Positions 56,350 to 64,000 of a stretch of DNA of 64,000 nucleotides are shown piece by piece. Positions within the stretch are counted from its first letter, which is position 1, and each line of letters opens with the position of its first letter. Source of the stretch: Candidatus Bathyarchaeota archaeon (GTDB lineage Archaea; Thermoproteota; Bathyarchaeia; Bathyarchaeales; Bathycorpusculaceae). Position numbers and translations under genes: made by a program. Under the pieces are notes generated by a model that saw only the letters and a program-made list of their open reading frames with translations, had not been told where the DNA came from and did no database searches. The stretch spans positions 352,001 through 416,000 of the forward strand of contig CAWHDT010000005.1 of assembly GCA_963828195.1 (NCBI GenBank), in the 5' to 3' direction.

Positions 56350-57488
56350 TGAACTGGCAAGACAGAAAAATAATCAGTCCGTTTGGAGATGACAAGGATT
56401 TTTCAGGCTGCGCCCTCTTCGGCATGATGAACACGGAAGGCAAGCGTTTCGGCTCGAAAGATCCAGTTCGCGCTATAACGAACATGCATGACCGAGGCAA
56501 CGGTTTAGGCGGAGGCTTCGCAGTTTACGGCATATACCCAGAATTCAAAGATTACTATGCCTTCCACGTGATGTATCTGAGCAAAGACGCAAAAGAAAAA
56601 ACTGACCACATCCTCGCTTCGAGATTTGACATAATCTACGATGAAGAAATGCAGACAAGACCCGCCGCCGACGTCCGTGACGCCCCGCTTGTTTGGCGGT
56701 ATTTTGTTCAACCTAAAAAACATCGACCGGAAGACCAGGCAGAAGAGGATTACGTGATAGAAGCCATCATGCATATTAACAGTGAAACGGGCAAAGCATT
56801 TGTTTTTTCAAGCGGCAAAAACATGGGCGTATTCAAAGGCGTAGGTTTCCCCGAAGATGTAGCGGACTTTTTCAGTTTAGAAGATTACCAGGGATACCTC
56901 TGGACATGCCACAGCAGATTCCCCACAAACACTCCTGGCTGGTGGGGCGGAGCACACCCATTCAACATTTTGGATTGGACGGTAGTGCACAACGGTGAAC
57001 TGTCATCCTACGGCATCAACCGCCGCTACTTGGAAATGTACGGTTACAAATGCACGATGCAAACTGACACCGAAGTGTTAGCTTACGCGGTTGACTTGCT
57101 AATACGAAGACAACATCTGCCAATCGAGTTGGTTTCGCAAATCCTTGCTGCGCCGCTGTGGAGTGAAATAGACTGCATGGAACCCAAAAAAGCGCAGCTT
57201 CTAAGATCAATGCGTCAAACCTACGGGAGCTTACTGATGAACGGGCCCTTCAGCATAATTGTTGCTCACCACGGCGAAATGATAGGGTTGACTGACAGAA
57301 TTAAGCTGCGGCCAATGGTGGCGGGTTCAAACGGCGACTACATGTACCTGTCATCTGAGGAGTCAGCCATGCGGTTGGTTTCGCCGAACTTGGACAAGTT
57401 CTGGTGCCCAAGAGGCGGAGAAACTGTGGTTGCCAGACTAAAAAACAGCCCACAAGCCATTGAGGTTTGTGTTGGAGGACAAATTTAA
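56349..57488 (+). CDS. Glutamate synthase amidotransferase subunit (GltB1-type, Ntn GATase)
   Basis: SGCALFG, RGNGLGGG, HSRFPTN, GAHPF, HNGE, TDTE, DRIKLRP. Confidence 0.88.
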   Translation: MNWQDRKIISPFGDDKDFSGCALFGMMNTEGKRFGSKDPVRAITNMHDRGNGLGGGFAVYGIYPEFKDYYAFHVMYLSKDAKEKTDHILASRFDIIYDEEMQTRPAADVRDAPLVWRYFVQPKKHRPEDQAEEDYVIEAIMHINSETGKAFVFSSGKNMGVFKGVGFPEDVADFFSLEDYQGYLWTCHSRFPTNTPGWWGGAHPFNILDWTVVHNGELSSYGINRRYLEMYGYKCTMQTDTEVLAYAVDLLIRRQHLPIELVSQILAAPLWSEIDCMEPKKAQLLRSMRQTYGSLLMNGPFSIIVAHHGEMIGLTDRIKLRPMVAGSNGDYMYLSSEESAMRLVSPNLDKFWCPRGGETVVARLKNSPQAIEVCVGGQI

Positions 57489-58999
57489 TGAAAACTTACA
57501 TTATCCCTGAATATTTAGTTGAACGCGACCAAAACCGCTGCATACGCTGCAAAGTATGCGTGAACCAATGCACCTACGAAACCCATTCCTACGACGAGGA
57601 AACCGACAAGATATGCAGTAAGGACGAGAACTGTGTTAACTGTCAACGCTGCGTAACATTTTGCCCAACCCACGCCATCACAATCAGAAAGAACCCTAAT
57701 GTTAGCCGAGAAAACGCCAACTGGACAATGGAGGCTATTCGAGACGTAAAGAAGCAGGCTGAAACAGGGGGAGTCATCTTAACAGGCATGGGCTGCGATA
57801 AACCAGAATACTCTTACTGGGACAAACTGCTCCTAAACGCCAGCCAAGTGACAAATCCATCGATTGACCCGCTGCGTGAACCCATGGAGATCAGAACTTA
57901 CTTGGGTGCAAAACCAGACAAGCTGGAGCTCGAAGTGGAAAACGGCGAAACGGTGCTTAAGACACAGCTAACGCCGCAGCTTTGCCTAGACATACCCGTC
58001 ATGTTCTCAGCGATGTCCTACGGCGCCATAAGCTTAAACGTTCATGAATCCTTAGCCCGAGCAGCTACCGAATGCGGAACCTACTTCAACACTGGCGAAG
58101 GCGGCTTAGACAAAAGCCTCTACAAGTACGGCGACCACGCCATCGTCCAAGTTGCATCGGGACGCTTCGGCGTGCATCCCAAGTACCTTAAGGTGGGTGC
58201 AGCTGTGGAAATAAAAATTGGTCAAGGCGCAAAACCAGGCATAGGCGGACACTTGCCAGGCGAAAAAGTAACCGAAAACGTAGCTAAAACACGCATGATA
58301 CCCACAGGCACAGACGCGCTTTCACCTTACCCTCAACATGACATCTACTCAATCGAGGACCTGCGCCAACTAATTTACGCGCTCAAAGAAGCCACAAACT
58401 ACACCAAGCCCATCTCTGTGAAAATTGCGGCGGTCCACAACTCGGCGGCGATTGCAAGCGGGATGGTGCGGGCTGGGGCAGACATCATTGCTCTTGACGG
58501 CGTCAGAGGCGCAACTGGTGCGGCGCCCAAAACCATCAGAGACAACGTGGGCATACCCATAGAATTAGCCATTGCACAGGTGGATCAGCGGCTCAGAGAA
58601 GAAGGCATCAGAAATCAAGCTTCCGTCGTGGCGGCTGGCGGCTTCAGAAGCAGCGCTGACGTGGTTAAAGCCATCGCACTTGGAGCTGACGCAGTGTACA
58701 TTGGAACTGCCGCTTTGATCGCTATGGGCTGCACGGTTTGCCAACGCTGCTACACAGGTAAATGCCCATGGGGGATTGCGACAAGTGACCCGTGGATCGG
58801 CAAACGCATCAACCCCGACATTGCTTCGAAACGTCTGGTGAACATGCTCAATAGCTGGAGCCTCGAGATCAAAGACATCATGGGCGGCATGGGCATAAAC
58901 GCCATTGAAAGCTTACGCGGCAACCGACTTGCCCTACGAGGTGTCGGCTTAACGAGAGCGGAATCAAAAATCTTAGGCGTGAAGTTGGCAGGAGAGTAA
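57488..58999 (+). CDS. Glutamate synthase FMN subunit with N-terminal ferredoxin (GltB2-type)
   Basis: AMSYGA, NTGEGG, QVASGRFG, KIGQGAKPGIGGHLPGEKV, CTVCQRCYTGKCP. Confidence 0.92.
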   Translation: MKTYIIPEYLVERDQNRCIRCKVCVNQCTYETHSYDEETDKICSKDENCVNCQRCVTFCPTHAITIRKNPNVSRENANWTMEAIRDVKKQAETGGVILTGMGCDKPEYSYWDKLLLNASQVTNPSIDPLREPMEIRTYLGAKPDKLELEVENGETVLKTQLTPQLCLDIPVMFSAMSYGAISLNVHESLARAATECGTYFNTGEGGLDKSLYKYGDHAIVQVASGRFGVHPKYLKVGAAVEIKIGQGAKPGIGGHLPGEKVTENVAKTRMIPTGTDALSPYPQHDIYSIEDLRQLIYALKEATNYTKPISVKIAAVHNSAAIASGMVRAGADIIALDGVRGATGAAPKTIRDNVGIPIELAIAQVDQRLREEGIRNQASVVAAGGFRSSADVVKAIALGADAVYIGTAALIAMGCTVCQRCYTGKCPWGIATSDPWIGKRINPDIASKRLVNMLNSWSLEIKDIMGGMGINAIESLRGNRLALRGVGLTRAESKILGVKLAGE

Positions 59000-59003
59000 A
59001 AAT

Positions 59004-59807
59004 ATGCTTGAACAGAAACCGAAACTGGAAATCGACGCAAAATACAACCCGATCCTACAGAAAGAAGGCAATGTGCTGAAAATCAACGCAGAAGGGCTCT
59101 ACTACAGAGACTTAAACTGCCTCCTAAGACAGGCAATATGCACAAGCAACCTTGAAAAAATAGAAATACACAATGTCTGCGGGCAACGATACATCGGCAC
59201 CGACTTGGACACAAGCATTCAAATTGACATTTACGGAACGCCTGGAAATGACCTTGGCGCATTCATGAATGGACCCAAACTGGTGGTGCATGGCAATGCT
59301 CAGGACGGCTGCGGCAACACCATGAACGAGGGGCAAATAATCATCAACGGCCACGCTGGAGATGTAACGGGGAACTCGATGAGGGGCGGAAAAATCTTCG
59401 TGCGGGACTACGTCGGCTACCGAGTGGGCATCCACATGAAAGAGTACCAACGCAAAATCCCCCAAATAGTCATCGGGCACACAGCAGGCGACTTTTTGGC
59501 TGAGTACATGGCAGGCGGAATCATGGTTATCCTGGGCTTAAACCTGAAAGAAGGCGAAAAATGCAACGCAAGATTCGTCGGCACAGGAATGCACGGCGGC
59601 GTAATCTACGAGCGAGGCGAAATCCTGAAGCCCGTCAACGGCACAAAAACCATGAACGTGGGCAAACGCGACCTAAAAACCATTGGAGCACTGGTCAACG
59701 AATATTGCAGCCACTTCGGCGCAGACCCCAAAGAAATCCTAAACGGCAAATTCAAGAAAATACTACCCGTATCAAAAAGACCATACGAAAAACTATACTC
59801 CCACTAA
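59004..59807 (+). CDS. Glutamate synthase GXGXG subunit (GltB3-type)
   Basis: GQRYIG, GTPGNDLGAFM, GDFLAEYMAGG, GTGMHGG. Confidence 0.9.
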   Translation: MLEQKPKLEIDAKYNPILQKEGNVLKINAEGLYYRDLNCLLRQAICTSNLEKIEIHNVCGQRYIGTDLDTSIQIDIYGTPGNDLGAFMNGPKLVVHGNAQDGCGNTMNEGQIIINGHAGDVTGNSMRGGKIFVRDYVGYRVGIHMKEYQRKIPQIVIGHTAGDFLAEYMAGGIMVILGLNLKEGEKCNARFVGTGMHGGVIYERGEILKPVNGTKTMNVGKRDLKTIGALVNEYCSHFGADPKEILNGKFKKILPVSKRPYEKLYSH

Positions 59808-59955
59808 ACAACATTTCTATTTTCAATTTTTTGAAAAAAAAATCTTATTGTTCTGGTAGCGTTTTAAACTGTTATCGCTTTCAGTGTAATTTTAAATAAA
59901 GAAAAATAAGCTGTTCGCTGCAGATGAAAAATTCAAAAAACCAAAAAATAAAAGT

Positions 59956-60186
59956 TTAGTAGAGATTGCGTGCTTCTTTTCTTTTTTCTGCTTCTTCGTA
60001 GAAACGCAGAACTTCATCGATTATTTCGACGTTTGAAAGCAGCATTCGTCTGCAGCAGTACCGTTTCAAGCCGAGGCTGTCTAGTATGTCGCTTGCGTTC
60101 TCGCCTGTCTTGATGCGCCGTGTAAACTCGTCCCATTGGTCTCCGACCAGTTTGCCGCATGTGAAGCATCTTACAGGAATAATCAT
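59956..60186 (-). CDS. rpoN: RNA polymerase subunit N (Rpo10)
   Basis: [12 protein letters not shown] ... RYCCRRM. Confidence 0.97.
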   Translation of the reverse strand: MIIPVRCFTCGKLVGDQWDEFTRRIKTGENASDILDSLGLKRYCCRRMLLSNVEIIDEVLRFYEEAEKRKEARNLY

Positions 60187-60200
60187 TTGTTTTTTCCACC

Positions 60201-60611
60201 TTACCTGTAGCTTTTCTGTTCTTTTGATCTTGCGCCTGCTCCGCCGACCTTTTTGGTTTCTTTAGTTCGGGAGTCTCCGGCAACCATAGTTCGGTCATAT
60301 TCGTAGAACACTGTGCGCAGATGAGTGCTTTTTGTCCATTTAAGCAGTGCATTCGCAACGGCCATTCGAGCGGCTTCTGCCTGCCCCATGTATCCGCCGC
60401 CGCTGGTTTTAACATCCATGTCCAGCTGCTGCCAGACGTCTCCGCCTGCTTGCAGCAGAGGCTCCATTATTTTTGCGCGAGCGATGTCGGGTTCGTAAAT
60501 TTCAACTGGAGTCATGTTTATCCGTACTTTGCCTATGCCTTGTTTAACTACGGCGCGGGCAACAGCGGTTTTTCTTTTTCCACTAACAACTAAAACTTTT
60601 TTTGCCGGCAT
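60201..60611 (-). CDS. rps9: 30S ribosomal protein S9
   Basis: [23 protein letters not shown]. Confidence 0.96.
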   Translation of the reverse strand: MPAKKVLVVSGKRKTAVARAVVKQGIGKVRINMTPVEIYEPDIARAKIMEPLLQAGGDVWQQLDMDVKTSGGGYMGQAEAARMAVANALLKWTKSTHLRTVFYEYDRTMVAGDSRTKETKKVGGAGARSKEQKSYR

Positions 60612-60613
60612 AA

Positions 60614-61075
60614 TTATTCCATCCTGTTTCTCCATCCGATGTCTTTTGCCAATTCGCCGAGGGTAAAATGTGGCCCCTTCAGTTTGGCTGATGAAGCTTC
60701 CTCGAACGTAATCATTTGTTGATCTTTAAGCTCGATAGGCACACCCATGAATACCTTCAGCCTTTTGAAAGCGTTTTTGCCTTTCGGCTGCTTATAAGGA
60801 ACCATACCTCTTACGATTTTTCGCAGAAAACGGTCGGGTCTTCTATAGTGGAATGGACCGCGGACTGGTGCGCCTACTTCAAGGAAGATGTGGGCTTCCA
60901 GCACCTTGGCTTTCTTTTTGCCTGAGAAAACGGCTTTTTCGGCGTTAAGGATGATTACTTCTTCTCCGTTCAGTAGTCTTTTGGCAACTTTGCTGCACAT
61001 TCTGCCAACTATTAATCCTTCAGCATTCACCAATGTGACAGGAGCTTTTTTTGTTGTTGTTTGCATTTTTTTCAC
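60614..61075 (-). CDS. rpl13: 50S ribosomal protein L13
   Basis: IVGRMCS, GPFHYRRP, VRGMVPYK. Confidence 0.95.
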   Translation of the reverse strand: MKKMQTTTKKAPVTLVNAEGLIVGRMCSKVAKRLLNGEEVIILNAEKAVFSGKKKAKVLEAHIFLEVGAPVRGPFHYRRPDRFLRKIVRGMVPYKQPKGKNAFKRLKVFMGVPIELKDQQMITFEEASSAKLKGPHFTLGELAKDIGWRNRME

Positions 61076-61434
61076 CGAATAATCTTTACGTTTGCGCCAG
61101 TTGGATTTTTCTCCAAGAGCTCAGGAATTGAAAGATATTTTGCTTTAGCAGCAACAAGCTTCGCTTTAGCTTTCTCAGAAGCACCAAACGACGCCACTGT
61201 TACCGCGTGGTTTATGCTGCCCGACCCCAAAAGTTTGCCGGGTACAACGACGACATCGCTTCTTTTAGTGTTCCTGTTTATTCTGCTCAGGTTAACAGAG
61301 ATGCGTTGACTTCTTGTTTTGGATAAATGGTCAGCTACATCTAGCCAGATGCCTACTTGTTTCTCTCTGCTTTCCTTCCTTAGAAGATGAATAAGATTGA
61401 TTAATTCCGGGTTTGATGTTTTGGTTTCTCTCAT
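61072..61434 (-). CDS. rpl18e: 50S ribosomal protein L18e
   Basis: VNLSRI, VVPGKLLGSG. Confidence 0.95.
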   Translation of the reverse strand: MRETKTSNPELINLIHLLRKESREKQVGIWLDVADHLSKTRSQRISVNLSRINRNTKRSDVVVVPGKLLGSGSINHAVTVASFGASEKAKAKLVAAKAKYLSIPELLEKNPTGANVKIIR

Positions 61435-62246
61435 TGTGGTTCAGCCTTAAATAATTCTTCAAGTTCGTTTAATTGTTTGTCTAACGTTTTGGTGGCTTCT
61501 TTAAGGATACGTTCTGGAGGAAGCGCACCTGTAGACTCAATGCTCATTACGAAAGCGTTCTTTTCCCATTCAACCTTCAGCGGCGCCGGTTTCTGTGGGC
61601 AAGCCTCAACACAGTCCATGCAGAGGTTACATGCTAACAGATCCCTGACCTCAACCGTTTCGTCTTTGTAAGTGAACACTTTCTTGGGACAAATATCCAC
61701 GCATTTTCCGCATTCTTCACATTTGCCGGTTGGAACAGTTATTTGCGGGTAATACTTGTAAGCGCACATTGAAACGGGCTGCCACTTGGCGTGAGTTTTG
61801 CCTCTTCCAAGCCGAGCGTAGGCTTCAAGTTTTAGTTTTTGATTTTTAGCCAGCTTTATTATTGGAATCTTGTCTGACACGGGGATGATTTCTGGGTTTT
61901 CTGAAACAATTTCTCCTGAATAAACTGTCCTTGTTCCTTCTTTCGCTTCAGCATCCAGCGTAAGAGTTACTCGGCATTGGGAACAGCCGAATTCGCTTTT
62001 GCATTCGCATACTTCAGGAAGATTGTAAGCATCCAAGTCAGTTTTCAGCGGTGTTAGCCCTAGCCTGTGGGCAATTATTTCGTCCTGCAAAATGGAAGAG
62101 TTTTCTATCATGACAACTTCTTCTATTGCCATGGTGGGCACCTCAGCAAGTGCTATACGACGCAGAGCGTTCATTAAAGGAACATCCGCGTCTCTCACGC
62201 TTATGCGGAGGTTGTTATCGTTTTTTTCTAGGATTTCTATTTTCAC
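61431..62246 (-). CDS. rpoD: RNA polymerase subunit D (Rpo3) with 2x[4Fe-4S] ferredoxin-like domain
   Basis: NALRR, EVPTMAI, AHRLGL, HAKWQP, CEECGKC..CP, CNLCMDC..CP. Confidence 0.96.
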   Translation of the reverse strand: MKIEILEKNDNNLRISVRDADVPLMNALRRIALAEVPTMAIEEVVMIENSSILQDEIIAHRLGLTPLKTDLDAYNLPEVCECKSEFGCSQCRVTLTLDAEAKEGTRTVYSGEIVSENPEIIPVSDKIPIIKLAKNQKLKLEAYARLGRGKTHAKWQPVSMCAYKYYPQITVPTGKCEECGKCVDICPKKVFTYKDETVEVRDLLACNLCMDCVEACPQKPAPLKVEWEKNAFVMSIESTGALPPERILKEATKTLDKQLNELEELFKAEPQ

Positions 62247-62330
62247 TTGCTAAGCACTCCAATAATGCGTTCAATAAAGATATTGGTGCATTATTTCAAT
62301 TTTTCTGTTAATAAAGAAGGGAAATTGAGA

Positions 62331-62738
62331 TTAGACTCTTCTTCCTCTTCTGCCACCAGGCCTTCTGGTGCCGTCGTGGGGAATAGGTGTAACTTCTTCG
62401 ATACGTTCAATGCGGAAACCGAACCTTGCCAACGCACGTATAGCTGCCTGAGCACCTGGCCCTGGAGTTCTTGGTCCTGAACCGCCTGGCGCTCGTACCT
62501 TAATGTGGATAGCTGTTATTCCTTTATCCCGAGCGACTTCAGCCGCGCCGGTTGCAGCGCGCATAGCAGCGTAGGGGGATGATTCCATGCGGTCTGCCTT
62601 CACGAACATGCCGCCGCTTGTTCTTGCGATTGTTTCTGCGCCTGAAATGTCAGTTATGTGGATTAACGTGTTGTTGTAGGAGCTGAATATGTGGACTATT
62701 GCCCATTTCTCGTTTCGTTTGCTGTTGGCGTTGCTCAA
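62331..62738 (-). CDS. rps11: 30S ribosomal protein S11
   Basis: SSYNNT, SPYAA, PGPGAQ, PIPHDG. Confidence 0.97.
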   Translation of the reverse strand: MSNANSKRNEKWAIVHIFSSYNNTLIHITDISGAETIARTSGGMFVKADRMESSPYAAMRAATGAAEVARDKGITAIHIKVRAPGGSGPRTPGPGAQAAIRALARFGFRIERIEEVTPIPHDGTRRPGGRRGRRV

Positions 62739-63328
62739 AATCTGCCGCCTCTTCCGCCGCCTCTTCTTCCGCCTCTGGCAGGCTGCCTAATTTCTGGTTG
62801 TTTAGCTACGACTGATAATCCTGCGCGTAGTGCGTGGGCTTGGTTTGCAATTGCGCTCTCTGGGGAATAGATAACTTTTGTTTCATCTGCCTTGGGCAGT
62901 ATGTAGCCTGGGATTGTTACGCGGCGTCCATCGATAGTTATGTGTCCATGAGTTATTAGTTGACGCGATTGAAAAACGGTTCGTGCTAAGCCTTTGCGGA
63001 AAACAACTGTTTGAAGCCTGCGCTCCAGGATGTCCTCGATTGTTAAGTCTAAAACGTTGTCTAACACGGCTGTTTCTTGCAGGATACCGAGTTTTTTAAG
63101 CTTGGCAAGCTGTTCGTTCTCCATTTTTGCGCGTTCTTCAGCAGTCTTGCTGATAAGTGAACGTGCGATGCCTCTGGTTTTTGACAGCGTGGTTTTAAGA
63201 CGCCAGAGTTCATGCTTGTTTCTTAAGCCATATAGCCCTACAAGCTTGAGTTCTTCTTGAAGGATGTCTTTGCGCCATCGAAAACGGGGAGTATCAAATT
63301 TCTTACGCTGCTTCTTTGGATCGCCCAA
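62735..63328 (-). CDS. rps4: 30S ribosomal protein S4
   Basis: [28 protein letters not shown]; RGG tail. Confidence 0.97.
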   Translation of the reverse strand: MGDPKKQRKKFDTPRFRWRKDILQEELKLVGLYGLRNKHELWRLKTTLSKTRGIARSLISKTAEERAKMENEQLAKLKKLGILQETAVLDNVLDLTIEDILERRLQTVVFRKGLARTVFQSRQLITHGHITIDGRRVTIPGYILPKADETKVIYSPESAIANQAHALRAGLSVVAKQPEIRQPARGGRRGGGRGGRF

Positions 63329-63330
63329 GC

Positions 63331-63822
63331 TTATTTGCCTCCTTCAGCGGCTGGTGCTCCACCAGGCTTCTGCAACAGACTCTTCTTTTTGACACCTAAA
63401 GCTTTGCCAGCTCGCCCAGTGGTTTTTGTGTGTTGCCCACGGACTTTGAGGCTGTAAGCGTGGCGGTATCCTCGCCAAGACCTGATGTTTTTAGCTTCGT
63501 CAATATCCTGTTTTGTTCTTAAAGCTAGGTCAGCGCTTAAAAGATGCATGTCTTTTCCTGTTTCCGAGTCTTTTCGCCTGTTAAAAAGCCAAGTTGGCAG
63601 GCCATATTTTACTGGATCTTTAATAACATCCTCAATTTTTGATAAATCTGACTCAGTTAACAAGCCCACTCTCAGATCTGGGTTAACGCCTGCCTTTTTC
63701 AAGATGGCGTTTGAGAGGCTCATGCTGACGCCTTTTATTTGTGCGACAGCGTAAGAAGTCTTAAGGGTACCCTGAACGTCGGTGCCCATAATACGAAGTA
63801 TATAGCGATATTCCTGTGACAT
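63331..63822 (-). CDS. rps13: 30S ribosomal protein S13
   Basis: [29 protein letters not shown]. Confidence 0.97.
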   Translation of the reverse strand: MSQEYRYILRIMGTDVQGTLKTSYAVAQIKGVSMSLSNAILKKAGVNPDLRVGLLTESDLSKIEDVIKDPVKYGLPTWLFNRRKDSETGKDMHLLSADLALRTKQDIDEAKNIRSWRGYRHAYSLKVRGQHTKTTGRAGKALGVKKKSLLQKPGGAPAAEGGK

Positions 63823-64000
63823 ATTAAATTTTCATCCGTTTTTTCTTAAAGCATATACGAAATGAGCCAGTGTTTATTTAAACCTTACTTTCACAAGACA
63901 TTCGTTTAACTACCAGTTTAAACCCAAAAATTTTCCACCTGTATTGCGCTTGCTTGGTTTTTTCATATCATTTCACAAGCACGGGCTAGGTATGCTTATT

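Noticed and set aside
61431-62246. Ferredoxin-like domain in RpoD as a novelty
   Set aside because: Fe-S domains in archaeal Rpo3 are established.
1884-63754. Numerous antisense and alternate-frame ORFs (for example 1884-2528, 20296-20790, 55362-55844)
   Set aside because: They lie wholly within well-supported genes and lack motifs; shadow ORFs.

Overview
Archaeal chromosomal window, most consistent with Bathyarchaeia (inferred from the archaeal rps13-rps4-rps11-rpoD-rpl18e-rpl13-rps9-rpoN order, Hdr/Mvh without mcr, frequent TTG/CTG starts and a D-loop tRNA intron). 1-15.2 kb is a partly decaying nitrogen/amidation region (Lrp regulator, cobQ, APC permease, P-type ATPase, glnA, two asparagine-synthetase genes, small ORFs). 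Six promoters there share a previously unnamed operator, TTCATAA-N3-TTATGAA-CA, exactly 13 nt upstream of a TATA box, and five of them lead into 19-45 codon ORFs forming two paralogous pairs. 16-40 kb is a large minus-strand redox block (two incomplete Hdr-Mvh modules, a HoxEFUYH hydrogenase, a Pat-type acetyltransferase). 40-45 kb is a divergent aryl-acid operon (paaK, iorA with an inserted polyferredoxin, iorB, paaI). Next come tRNA-Cys with a mini-island (HEPN-like gene, UPF0175, VapBC), Dph6-like + GATase, a LonC-like protease, a candidate structured ncRNA beside a DUF559 nuclease, intron-containing tRNA-Glu, phoU, a split glutamate synthase operon and ribosomal/RNAP genes. A 54-bp hairpin repeat occurs twice, 37 kb apart. 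All calls are from manual motif reading; no database searches were run.
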